Made by a program: the position numbers and the translations under genes
Notes under the pieces: generated by a model
Told to the model about the DNA's origin: nothing
Database searches by the model: none
The model's input: only the letters and a program-made list of their open reading frames with translations
IMG/VR virus record: IMGVR_UViG_2671180458_000015
Strand: one strand, 5' to 3'
Length of the DNA: 26,321 nucleotides
From: a virus
Taxonomy: Duplodnaviria; Heunggongvirae; Uroviricota; Caudoviricetes
Part shown: one piece after another, positions 19,116-26,321 of the stretch
Numbering within the stretch: the stretch's first letter is position 1
Layout: each line of letters opens with the position of its first letter

Positions 19116-20607
19116 GCTGGCTTTCGGTGTCACGCTGATACTGTCGTTCAGTTCCGGCACTGTTGCCTCCTTTGTCGTTGACGGGGTCAGTATCAAAGAC
19201 CAGCCCCAGTCTGCTGTTTTCATCAATTTCAGCCTTGCGGCGACGTTTGACCTCATCCGGATTGCGCCCGCCGGCACGCACCCAGTCAGATTCTGTCGCT
19301 GCACCACCCCGGATCTGAATTCTCCAGGCTTCAGCTTCCTTAACCGGGTCGATCCACGGCATCACCGGACCGGAATACGTCGCGTTATATAGCGTTTTCA
19401 TCGCCACATCCGCCGGAATTTTCAGCAGACCTGCCGCAACCACCATATTCAGCCATGTCCGGTACACCGGGCGGGTTACCGCACCAATAAAACAGTCCTG
19501 CAGGATCAGGTAACCATCCGTGGACTCGACCAGCTCCTGCCGCTGGGCGCTGTAGGTGCCGTTATAGTTACGCGCCGCACTGGAAAAACTCAGACGACTG
19601 CCAGCTGCCACTGCACGCAACTGGCCGTTGCGGAAAGTTTCAAGGTTGGGATTGGGACGGTCAGATTTGACCATGCCGATATCCTCGCCCTTGCGCAAAT
19701 CGTCATAAATAATACCCGGGGTGATATGGACTTCCCGCTCGGTTTCTTTGATCCCCGGATCTTCATAGTCCTGTCCGTCACCTTTACGGATATACAGTCC
19801 CAGCGCCGCAGCAATACGCGCCGCTGTCAGTTCCGCATCCTCATACTCTTTAAGGGCACTGATCCGCATCAGCACCCCCGATAACATGGATGAGCCTCGC
19901 GTCTGATGCAGACGACGAGTGAACTTCAGGTGGATCATTTTTCCGGCAGCGATTTCTTTCGTATCACTCTGCCGGCCGCTGACCGGATAATTTTTATAAA
20001 CCAGATATTTTTTCGGTCTTCCCCACTCATCAAGAAAAACCCCCTGATTCAGTCCGGCGGATTCATCAGTGCGCATGGGAACAAAATCCGGCTCCATCGC
20101 CTCAAGCCAGAATGGCACTCCCGCCGTCCGTTCCAGACCGTTTCCCGCACCACTGACCATCTGCGCAAACACTTCACCATCCCGCAGCCAGGTCCGCAGC
20201 AGTAAACGTTCAAGCACGGGACGGGTATACTGCCCTGTCACATCCGGACTCACGGACCATTCAGCCCACAACCGGCGGATATCCGCAGCCAGCTCTGCCG
20301 CCATTTCCCCGTTTTTTCGTAATGGCTGAGGCTCCACAATAATTCCCCTGGCACCAATCACCCGCTCTTCCAGCTTGTCAAACACACCAATCACCAGGTC
20401 ATGATTGATATCCAGAAAACGGGCCTGCTCCCGCAGGGAAACCGCACCGTATTTACTGAGCTGATCAGCAGAGCGATTTTCCCGCCGGGCTTTATGTGTC
20501 CGGGTCGGTTTCACCGCCTCATAGGCCATGATTAACGCCCTTGAACGCAGTCTGGCTGCTTTCCATCCGGGGGAAAACACGCCTATCACATCATCAATAA
20601 TTGCCAT
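19105..20607 (-). CDS. Portal protein (lambda gpB family)
   Basis: 500 aa in the expected position between the W-like gene and the protease-capsid gene; family assigned by size, position and general resemblance to lambda-family portal proteins, not by a specific motif. Confidence 0.85.
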   Translation of the reverse strand: MAIIDDVIGVFSPGWKAARLRSRALIMAYEAVKPTRTHKARRENRSADQLSKYGAVSLREQARFLDINHDLVIGVFDKLEERVIGARGIIVEPQPLRKNGEMAAELAADIRRLWAEWSVSPDVTGQYTRPVLERLLLRTWLRDGEVFAQMVSGAGNGLERTAGVPFWLEAMEPDFVPMRTDESAGLNQGVFLDEWGRPKKYLVYKNYPVSGRQSDTKEIAAGKMIHLKFTRRLHQTRGSSMLSGVLMRISALKEYEDAELTAARIAAALGLYIRKGDGQDYEDPGIKETEREVHITPGIIYDDLRKGEDIGMVKSDRPNPNLETFRNGQLRAVAAGSRLSFSSAARNYNGTYSAQRQELVESTDGYLILQDCFIGAVTRPVYRTWLNMVVAAGLLKIPADVAMKTLYNATYSGPVMPWIDPVKEAEAWRIQIRGGAATESDWVRAGGRNPDEVKRRRKAEIDENSRLGLVFDTDPVNDKGGNSAGTERQYQRDTESQHEE

Positions 20608-20843
20608 TAAAACCTCGCCAGTTTAAATCCCGGTTTTCCCCGCCTGCGGCTCACCATCGCGGCAAGCCTGCGTTCCCACTCCTGACGTCCGGCGCGGATC
20701 TGAGAAAGGCTTTCCAGCGTCAGTTGCTGCCCGTTGAAGGTGACAGACTTCCCCTCCAGTACGGCCATTTCCGCTTCACGGTACCGCTGAATCATTTCTC
20801 TGGCTTCTTCTGTGCTCACAACCAGCCTCCTGATGTTATCCAT
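20607..20843 (-). CDS. Head-tail joining protein, gpW-like
   Basis: 78 aa; C-terminus …MVSRRRGKPGF resembles the lambda gpW C-terminus (…RRRGPAGF). Lies between terminase large subunit and portal as in lambda. Confidence 0.65.
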   Translation of the reverse strand: MDNIRRLVVSTEEAREMIQRYREAEMAVLEGKSVTFNGQQLTLESLSQIRAGRQEWERRLAAMVSRRRGKPGFKLARF

Positions 20844-22939
20844 GGATTATCTTCCGCACGCTCCGTCCGCAGTTTTTTCTTCCGGCGACGGCGTTTTTCT
20901 GCCCCGGCCGTCAGTTCCGGGGATACCGTTTCACCAGAACGCTCCTGCGGGAAGACGAGCCACGTTTCCCGCTGTGCCCAGTCCGGTGCGGAGGGCCAGC
21001 GGATCTTTTCATAACCATGCAGAACAGCAAGCGCATCCGCATAAACCAGCAGGTCAAACGCCTCGTTAGCACCCCTGCCCGGTTTTCGCCATTTTCCGTC
21101 ACTGCCGCGCTCTTCATAGGTCAGCTCATCGTAAAACCACCGCCCCAGCCAGTCGGGAAAGTGGATATAATTCGGCCCTGGTGTGTCACGCCACAGGGCA
21201 TTATTTACACGGTCCTTAAACGCATCCGTCTGAACCAGCCACAGCGCGACATCGCCACTGGCTCTGGCACGGCGGGCACTTCTGCCGGTATTATCCGGGA
21301 AGGTACGGTTAATCAGCCTGTCACGGCGAAGACCATCCCCCTTGAACAGAAACACCCTGTTGCCCAGTCCGTCACTCCGGCAACGACGCCAGAAACGATA
21401 GGCGTTATCTGTCACCCCGGCTTCCCCTCCCGTATCCACCGCCATGGCCATCAGACGCATGCGCACATCCGGATCAGAAGCCAGCGGCCATGTTTTATGG
21501 AACACATCCGTCAGCAACAAATCCCAGTCCTCCGGATATGCCGCCGGATCAACCGGCAGACTTTCACCGTTGGGACTGCAGCGCAGTGAATGCCGGATGT
21601 TGTAGCGATCAACAATCCAGCGTTCCCCCTGCTCTCCGTATCCGGTGATCTGCACAACAAAACGGCGATTTTTACCGCCCTGTACGTCAACCGTTGCCTC
21701 AATAAAACGCACACCATCCGGCACAGATCGCCTGGGAAACGGCTCGGCACGCTGTTCAAGCAGTTCACTTTTACGCTGTTCCGTGGCTGAACGGGGCAGA
21801 TAGGGTCGTCCGATATCGGTGTTCACCACCGCTTTCAGGCTCTCTTCACTGCCGGTTCGCTCATACTCTTCTTCTGCCGCCAGCAGCTTAAAAATCAGTT
21901 GTTCCCAGGTCTGAAACGCCGCAGCCGGCCCCTCCATCCAGAAACTTGCTATTCTGGAATTTCGGGGGGTTCCGGTGATACTGCCATCCGCCGCTGCCCG
22001 TTCGCCTTCCCGCAGCCAGATCCCCTGGTTATTCAGTTCACGCTTCTGTTCCGGAGCAATCAGGCCGCGGCAGTGCGGACACATCAGGCGGGCCGTCTGC
22101 CCGGCAGCCACAAAATCAGGGTTATTCCGGTAACCGGTCATGTTATCCATCACCGGCTGAAAATATTCCCCGCAGTGCGGACACGGCCAGTACCACCGGC
22201 GGCGGTCTCCCCGGTTATACAGTGACAGGATCCCCGTTGTTGGCGGTGCCTCATGTGCTCCACCACAACGCCATTTGGTGTCAGTGATATCCCGCCCCGG
22301 TGAACTCTCGACCAGGGTCATCCCCGAGGACATAAAGGTGGTGGTACGCTTTGAGGCCAGCGTGAAGGCATCCCCTTCACCGTCGACATTCTCAGGAAAA
22401 CGGTCATAATCCGTCAGCGCCACACGACGGTAATCCGAGGAGGAAAATACGGTGATCGACGGCCAGCCAATTTTCAGGAATGAGCCGTCAAGAAACATTT
22501 TATCGTGGACGTTGTTGTCATTACGGGAAGGACTGAGGCGCTTGCTGACCTCCGGACTGTGGCGAAACGTCCTGGAAAGACGCGTTCTGGAATGCTCACG
22601 CGCCTTCGTCTCGGTCATCTGCACCACCAGCATATCCGCCGGATCACAGATGATGCCGTACACAATCCAGCCATCAATCAGCCCTTCGGTTTTCCCGGTT
22701 CGCGCCGGTCCGACAAACACCACCGCGTCATATTCACGGGCTGATAATGTATTAATGGGGTCTATCATATAGGGCGTCAGCGATGACTCCCACGGACCGG
22801 AAGTATTGGCTCCCCGTGGTACCCGCATATAACGCCTGATGGCTTCCGCTACTGGTAACCGGCCAGGTGGGCGAAACAGCGAGGCCACTTCGCGCCAGAT
22901 ATCGGATGCGCGGCTATGGCTCTCGTTCACCTGATTCAC
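20816..22939 (-). CDS. Terminase large subunit (gpA-like)
   Basis: 707 aa with Walker A-like motif (VFVGPARTGKTE) and Cys-rich segments; follows the small subunit with a 4-nt overlap. Confidence 0.88.
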   Translation of the reverse strand: MNQVNESHSRASDIWREVASLFRPPGRLPVAEAIRRYMRVPRGANTSGPWESSLTPYMIDPINTLSAREYDAVVFVGPARTGKTEGLIDGWIVYGIICDPADMLVVQMTETKAREHSRTRLSRTFRHSPEVSKRLSPSRNDNNVHDKMFLDGSFLKIGWPSITVFSSSDYRRVALTDYDRFPENVDGEGDAFTLASKRTTTFMSSGMTLVESSPGRDITDTKWRCGGAHEAPPTTGILSLYNRGDRRRWYWPCPHCGEYFQPVMDNMTGYRNNPDFVAAGQTARLMCPHCRGLIAPEQKRELNNQGIWLREGERAAADGSITGTPRNSRIASFWMEGPAAAFQTWEQLIFKLLAAEEEYERTGSEESLKAVVNTDIGRPYLPRSATEQRKSELLEQRAEPFPRRSVPDGVRFIEATVDVQGGKNRRFVVQITGYGEQGERWIVDRYNIRHSLRCSPNGESLPVDPAAYPEDWDLLLTDVFHKTWPLASDPDVRMRLMAMAVDTGGEAGVTDNAYRFWRRCRSDGLGNRVFLFKGDGLRRDRLINRTFPDNTGRSARRARASGDVALWLVQTDAFKDRVNNALWRDTPGPNYIHFPDWLGRWFYDELTYEERGSDGKWRKPGRGANEAFDLLVYADALAVLHGYEKIRWPSAPDWAQRETWLVFPQERSGETVSPELTAGAEKRRRRKKKLRTERAEDNPWITSGGWL

Positions 22940-23412
22940 ATATCGGCCTCATCACAACAGTCAATGACTGCCTTTTCCAGTGTGTCGCGGATCTCATCAA
23001 CCACAATCTGTACTTCATTCAGTTGTGATGCAGTCCACCCCCTGTCCCTCTCCAGCCGGTCAGGCCAGGTTTCCAGTACCTGAACTATCGCTTTCACCAC
23101 GACAGAAAAGGACCGCCTGACATCACTGACTGGCACAAGCTGAACAGTTTCATGCTGAAATTTAAGACGCTCGCGCTCGGACTGATACCATGCCTTACGA
23201 GCGTGAGGATCCATATCCTCATCTTCGGAAGATGGTGGTTTTTCCAGCAACGAAGTTATCAAATCCGTCAGGAGATACAGTTTTTTCTTTTCATTACTGC
23301 CTGGTGCAAGAGGAACATCCGCCATTCTGGCGGCAACAGTCTGCCGGTGCAGACCTGAAAGGGCTGCCAGTTGATTAATATTTAACTTCATATTTTTCAG
23401 CTCGCCGTCCAT
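22936..23412 (-). CDS. Terminase small subunit (Nu1-like winged HTH N-terminus)
   Basis: N-terminus MKLNINQLAALSGLHRQTVAARMADVPLA… resembles the lambda Nu1 HTH region. GGAGGG RBS 6 nt upstream of the ATG at 23412. Lies just downstream of the presumed cos region. Confidence 0.75.
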   Translation of the reverse strand: MDGELKNMKLNINQLAALSGLHRQTVAARMADVPLAPGSNEKKKLYLLTDLITSLLEKPPSSEDEDMDPHARKAWYQSERERLKFQHETVQLVPVSDVRRSFSVVVKAIVQVLETWPDRLERDRGWTASQLNEVQIVVDEIRDTLEKAVIDCCDEADM

Positions 23413-23539
23413 TTACATCCCTCCACATAAACCGCAGAACAGAAGTGACTCTGTTTTTTTTGTAAAGAAATGCCGCCATATAAAGATGTCGAACAAAAAA
23501 CAACCACAATCATCATCTTTTTAATACTAACAGCATTAA

Positions 23540-23680
23540 AAACAACAAGTTACCATCATGATGATGATGACGATAAAATCACAAAAATGCGCCTTTTTCC
23601 GCGCCGCCCGCCCCGTGTTCATACCCACCCCACCAGGAGGACCCGCAAAAAATGATAATGGTTATCATTTTTAATGTAGT
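23540..23680 (-). promoter_or_regulatory. Candidate cos region (cosN-like GC-rich core plus flanking palindromes)
   Basis: Minus-strand ACACGGGGCGGGCGGCGCGG (plus 23599..23616) resembles the lambda cosN context ACGGGGCGGCGACC and sits ~190 bp upstream of the terminase small subunit start, as cosN does relative to Nu1. A perfect 11-bp inverted repeat lies at 23648..23672 and a CATCATGATG palindrome at 23555..23564. Confidence 0.4.
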
Positions 23681-23868
23681 CCGGTTTCTTCCACCATCGC
23701 ACCGGACCAGCGACTATGAGGGGACAACGCCGCGCTCCGTTAACGCGGTAAACCCCGGTGTGTATCGTTTTTGATTATCCCCGCACACTCGCGCAGAGGA
23801 GTCTCCCTGTCGGGCTGCGGTCTCTGTTAATGAGGGAATACAGCGACGATACGGCGCATCCGCAAAAC

Positions 23869-24336
23869 TTAGTTCAGGCACTGAGTGCGGATATAGTCCT
23901 GTGCCCCTTCCAGCTGCTTCTGCATTGTCATCAACCGTTCTCTGAGGATGAAATAATCCCGTTCAGCGGTGTCTGCCAGTCGGGGGCCGGTTGCATTATC
24001 CACGCCGGAGGTGCCGGTGGCTTCACGCACGGTACCGGAGCAGGTGGCGTTGATCCGCAGGCGCTTACGACCAGCGGCAACATCAGCACGCAGAGTTTCA
24101 TTTTCAGCTCTCGCATCAGCTAATTCCCTCGAGTATTTTGCATCGAGCGCAGCAACATCGCGCTGGCGCACCTGCATATCAGTAATGGTTGCGTTTGCCA
24201 GCTCCAGCTCTCTGGCTTTTTTATCGCGCTGCGCTTTGTAGGTGATGGCGTTATCACGGTAATGATTCAGCCCCAGACTAAGCGCACCACAGGCCACCAG
24301 CAGGGCAATGATGACCACACACAGAACGCGGTTCAT
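23869..24336 (-). CDS. Rz: Spanin inner-membrane subunit Rz (i-spanin)
   Basis: 155 aa with an N-terminal TM segment ([16 protein letters not shown]) and a coiled-coil periplasmic domain; it contains Rz1 in the +1 frame. Confidence 0.8.
   Translation of the reverse strand: MNRVLCVVIIALLVACGALSLGLNHYRDNAITYKAQRDKKARELELANATITDMQVRQRDVAALDAKYSRELADARAENETLRADVAAGRKRLRINATCSGTVREATGTSGVDNATGPRLADTAERDYFILRERLMTMQKQLEGAQDYIRTQCLN
23931..24116 (-). CDS. Rz1: Spanin outer-membrane lipoprotein Rz1 (o-spanin), embedded in Rz
   Basis: Embedded out-of-frame ORF with a lipoprotein signal ([15 protein letters not shown]) and a Pro-rich mature part ([19 protein letters not shown]…). Likely start at the internal Met at 24101. 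Confidence 0.75.
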   Translation of the reverse strand: MRELKMKLCVLMLPLVVSACGSTPPAPVPCVKPPAPPAWIMQPAPDWQTPLNGIISSSENG

Positions 24337-24337
24337 T

Positions 24338-24436
24338 TCACCACCAGCGTATCTGACCGATGAAATAACCGGAGACCATAATCACAAACACCAGCCAGAT
24401 AAGAATGAACTTCCAGGTAGATAATTTTTCAGCCAT
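24338..24436 (-). CDS. Candidate small membrane protein (32 aa) between endolysin and Rz, not in the ORF track
   Basis: Hand translation: [41 protein letters not shown] 8 nt upstream. Its TGA stop (24338..24340) is separated from the Rz ATG (24336) by one nucleotide. One predicted TM helix. Confidence 0.25.
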   Translation of the reverse strand: MAEKLSTWKFILIWLVFVIMVSGYFIGQIRWW

Positions 24437-24634
24437 CACTCAAATCTCCCGAATCAGTTTGCTAAAATCAAACACACTTTCTCCTTTGACTTTTCCGGAG
24501 TCAGGAAACACAAAACCCCACCTGCTGCTAACAAACGGGGTTTTTACTTTTATTCACTTAGGTTTTGCCAGTTCGCAGGATTTCGTGTTATCCGTCCGCG
24601 TTGGCCAACGTCATTTTTCAGCAAAATATTCTGC

Positions 24635-25168
24635 TTATCTGTCGATACCCCAGCACGCCAGCGCGCTCTCCTGGTCACGACGGGATACCTGACCATAGCA
24701 ATTATTTGAGCGGATACGGCAGTCTCTGCCACCGTCCTTAATCCACCAGCGAAGCGCCTCACACGCTCCCCTGCGATCTCCTGCATTAATTCGTTTATAA
24801 AACGTCGACGGGAAACACTTACCCGGGCCAATGTTGTAAGGACAGAATGACGCAATACCCGCTTTCTGGGGTTCAGTCAGTGGCACTTTGATGTTTTTCT
24901 CCACCCATGCCAGCGCCTTATCACGCTCAATGGCGTTAACCCGGTCGCATTTCCCCTTCGACAGCTTCATGCCAGGAATAACAGGCTTACCATCCACCCG
25001 GGTGGCTCCACGGCAGATGGTCCAGATACCCGCGCCATCACGGTATGCCGTGGTGTGGTTGCCTTCTTTTTCATCCAGAAACTGGTCGAGGATTTCAGGC
25101 GCAGAAGCCCCTGCGGCAATCAGCGCCAGAACGGCAGCCGACAGGCCGTATTTGATTTTTGTGTTCAT
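24635..25168 (-). CDS. R: SAR endolysin (T4-lysozyme-like, GH24 muramidase)
   Basis: 177 aa. The weakly hydrophobic Gly/Ala-rich N-terminal segment (YGLSAAVLALIAAGASA) is typical of a signal-arrest-release domain. The catalytic region (…DEKEGNHTTAYRDGAGIWTICRGAT…) fits the lysozyme E-D-T pattern. Partner of the pinholin. Confidence 0.85.
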   Translation of the reverse strand: MNTKIKYGLSAAVLALIAAGASAPEILDQFLDEKEGNHTTAYRDGAGIWTICRGATRVDGKPVIPGMKLSKGKCDRVNAIERDKALAWVEKNIKVPLTEPQKAGIASFCPYNIGPGKCFPSTFYKRINAGDRRGACEALRWWIKDGGRDCRIRSNNCYGQVSRRDQESALACWGIDR

Positions 25169-25204
25169 GGATATATTAAATATTCAGCCGCTGTCCCAGG
25201 CCCA

Positions 25205-25537
25205 CTAAATACGCACTTTCAGATAAGTCAGTCCGGGATGAAGCCAGTAAGCCGGCACTTTTTTAAAAGGCGGATTATCAAAATCACGAAGAAGTGCCTC
25301 CCGCACAACTGAATCCTTGTCCGCACCACTGGCCAGCGCTTTAATCTCAGCGGCTACCTGCAGATACCCCATGCAACGACCAATACGCTTCATCAGCCCC
25401 TGTTTTTTATTGTTCTTNNNNNNNNNNNNNNNNNNNNNNNNNNNNNNNNNNNNNNNNNNNNNNNNNNNNNNATTCAGTTCAGCAATTTCATTTTCCAGAC
25501 GACTGAAGCGCTGATTCATTTCTTCATGGTTCATCAC
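25205..25537 (-). CDS. Hypothetical protein between holin and endolysin, interrupted by an assembly gap
   Basis: ORF starts 1 nt after the holin stop, with a GGAGAT RBS, N-terminus MMNHEEMNQRFSRLENEIAELN. A run of N then intervenes; the C-terminal part is …GLMKRIGRCMGYLQVAAEIKALASGADKDSVVREALLRDFDNPPFKK…. Frame continuity across the gap cannot be trusted, so this may be one gene or two fragments. Confidence 0.3.
   Translation of the reverse strand: MMNHEEMNQRFSRLENEIAELNXXXXXXXXXXXXXXXXXXKNNKKQGLMKRIGRCMGYLQVAAEIKALASGADKDSVVREALLRDFDNPPFKKVPAYWLHPGLTYLKVRI
25408..25471. other. Assembly gap (64-nt run of N)
   Basis: Contiguous N characters; true length and sequence unknown. Confidence 0.99.
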
Positions 25538-25753
25538 CTAATCTCCCCGTGCCGCCTTACGCCGGTCTTCTTTAATCTTGAAATACAGGTTCGTCAGATA
25601 TGTCAGCAGCCCAAACAGCAGACTCCCCAGCACGCCTATTGCCGCCCACTGAGACGGGGAAACCCTGTCCAGCAACTGCAGGAACCAGTAGCCCGTTCCC
25701 ACCGCTGACGTGGTGTATGACACACCTGTTGTGATTTTTTCCATCTGGTACAT
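25538..25753 (-). CDS. S: Class II holin (phage 21 S-like pinholin) with dual-start motif
   Basis: [71 protein letters not shown]: two TM segments and a basic C-terminus. Met1 and Met4 form a dual-start (antiholin/holin) arrangement. Resembles phage 21 S. Confidence 0.8.
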   Translation of the reverse strand: MYQMEKITTGVSYTTSAVGTGYWFLQLLDRVSPSQWAAIGVLGSLLFGLLTYLTNLYFKIKEDRRKAARGD

Positions 25754-25828
25754 ACCCCGTCTCCCGCACACGGAAGCTCACAACATGAAAAAGGCCAGCA
25801 GTACTTTACTGATGGCCCTGACTCACCC

Positions 25829-26113
25829 TTACAGCATGGTGCCCGGTTCGGGTTGTGCTTCAGTCGCATCAACCACCGGTGATTCCGGTTGAATATCGCC
25901 GTTTTCTGAGGTGATATCTTCCGGTTGCGGTTCCGGCTCTGGCTGTTCGCCTGGCTGCTCTCCCAGTATCGTATCCAGAATCGCATCCACATCTGCTTCT
26001 ATCTGCGCTTCAAATGTCTGGCGGACTTTCTGTTTCAGTGCTCCACGCACATCTTCTGAGCGCAGCGCGTCTTTCACTGCATCAGCAGTGACCAGGGGTT
26101 TTACTTCTGACAT
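25829..26113 (-). CDS. Hypothetical acidic, Pro/Glu-rich protein upstream of the holin
   Basis: ORF from the internal Met: MSEVKPLVTADAVKDALRSEDVRGALKQKVRQTFEAQIEADVDAILDTILGEQPGEQPEPEPQPED…. No recognisable family. The longer six-frame ORF (to 26275) has no obvious RBS. Confidence 0.3.
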   Translation of the reverse strand: MSEVKPLVTADAVKDALRSEDVRGALKQKVRQTFEAQIEADVDAILDTILGEQPGEQPEPEPQPEDITSENGDIQPESPVVDATEAQPEPGTML

Positions 26114-26138
26114 AGGGTTTTCTCGTTGAAAGGGGTTG

Positions 26139-26321
26139 TTAAGGAGTAATGGGCTCTTCGGGTTTGCTTCCGGCTGACTGACTGGCGCTGATTTTCTCTG
26201 CGGCCCTTTTATCAATCTGCCTGCGCCAGAAATCGCGCACGGCCCTGTAACCACCCGAAAGAAGATAAAGCCCACAGACCACCGTACAGAAGTACAGCAT
26301 TAACTGGTTCAGAAATGACAT
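26139..26321 (-). CDS. Hypothetical small membrane protein (60 aa); start coincides with the window edge
   Basis: MSFLNQLMLYFCTVVCGLYLLSGGYRAVRDFWRRQIDKRAAEKISASQSAGSKPEEPITP: one predicted TM helix and a basic/polar tail. The ATG is the last three bases of the window, so the ORF may extend beyond it. Confidence 0.3.
   Translation of the reverse strand: MSFLNQLMLYFCTVVCGLYLLSGGYRAVRDFWRRQIDKRAAEKISASQSAGSKPEEPITP

Larger units (their letters stand above)
1..26321 (-). mobile_element. Lambdoid prophage late region (lysis, cos, packaging, head, tail, tail fibre, cargo genes); partial, ends not in window
   Basis: Gene order and protein similarity to lambda Z, U, V, G/GT, H, M, L, K, I, J and Stf, with terminase, portal, capsid and a holin/endolysin/Rz/Rz1 cassette all on one strand. 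No integrase or att site in the window. Confidence 0.9.

Noticed and set aside
21017-21589. 190-aa plus-strand ORF, with neighbours at 20601..21014 and 21899..22225
   Set aside because: Antisense to the terminase large subunit gene.
25710-25892. Plus-strand ORF whose second half (from the Met at 25785) looks like a lipoprotein signal (MKKASSTLLMALT…)
   Set aside because: Antisense to the holin 5' end and the acidic ORF; no canonical lipobox (GSGC rather than L-A/S-G/A-C) and no RBS.
1-26321. Search for tRNA, rRNA, CRISPR repeats, IS elements and integrase/att sites
   Set aside because: No regularly spaced direct repeats, no cloverleaf-like tRNA candidates, no transposase-like or integrase-like ORFs seen by eye. 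Absence is not proof; tRNAscan and repeat finders were not run.

Overview
This window is the late region of a lambdoid (lambda-like) prophage from an enterobacterial, E. coli-like genome. Nearly all credible genes lie on the minus strand and are transcribed from the right end to the left end. Reading in phage order (high to low coordinates): two small hypothetical ORFs; a phage-21-type lysis cassette (class II pinholin, an ORF broken by a 64-nt run of N, SAR endolysin, a tiny ORF, Rz with embedded Rz1); a ~450-bp non-coding region that probably holds cos; terminase small and large subunits; a gpW-like protein; portal; a fused ClpP-like protease/major capsid ORF; a small DUF2190-like head protein; a gpFII-like connector; then a tail module collinear with lambda (Z, U, V, G and the G-T frameshift product, H, M, L, K, I, J); a previously unlisted hok/gef-family type I toxin ORF in the J-stf spacer; a collagen-repeat side tail fiber (Stf) and a tail fiber assembly protein; and finally an AT-rich cargo island carrying a YadA/Eib-like trimeric autotransporter adhesin and a LuxR-type regulator-like gene. 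The plus-strand ORFs in the six-frame track are almost all antisense shadows of these genes. No rRNA, tRNA, CRISPR array, IS element or integrase was seen, so the prophage ends are outside the window. I did not find a multi-gene system that looks clearly new; the most interesting candidates are the cargo and small-ORF loci (hok-like toxin, Eib-like adhesin with regulator, the I-J spacer bounded by terminators, and the extra ORFs in the lysis cassette). All homology statements come from reading the translations against remembered family sequences, not from database searches.
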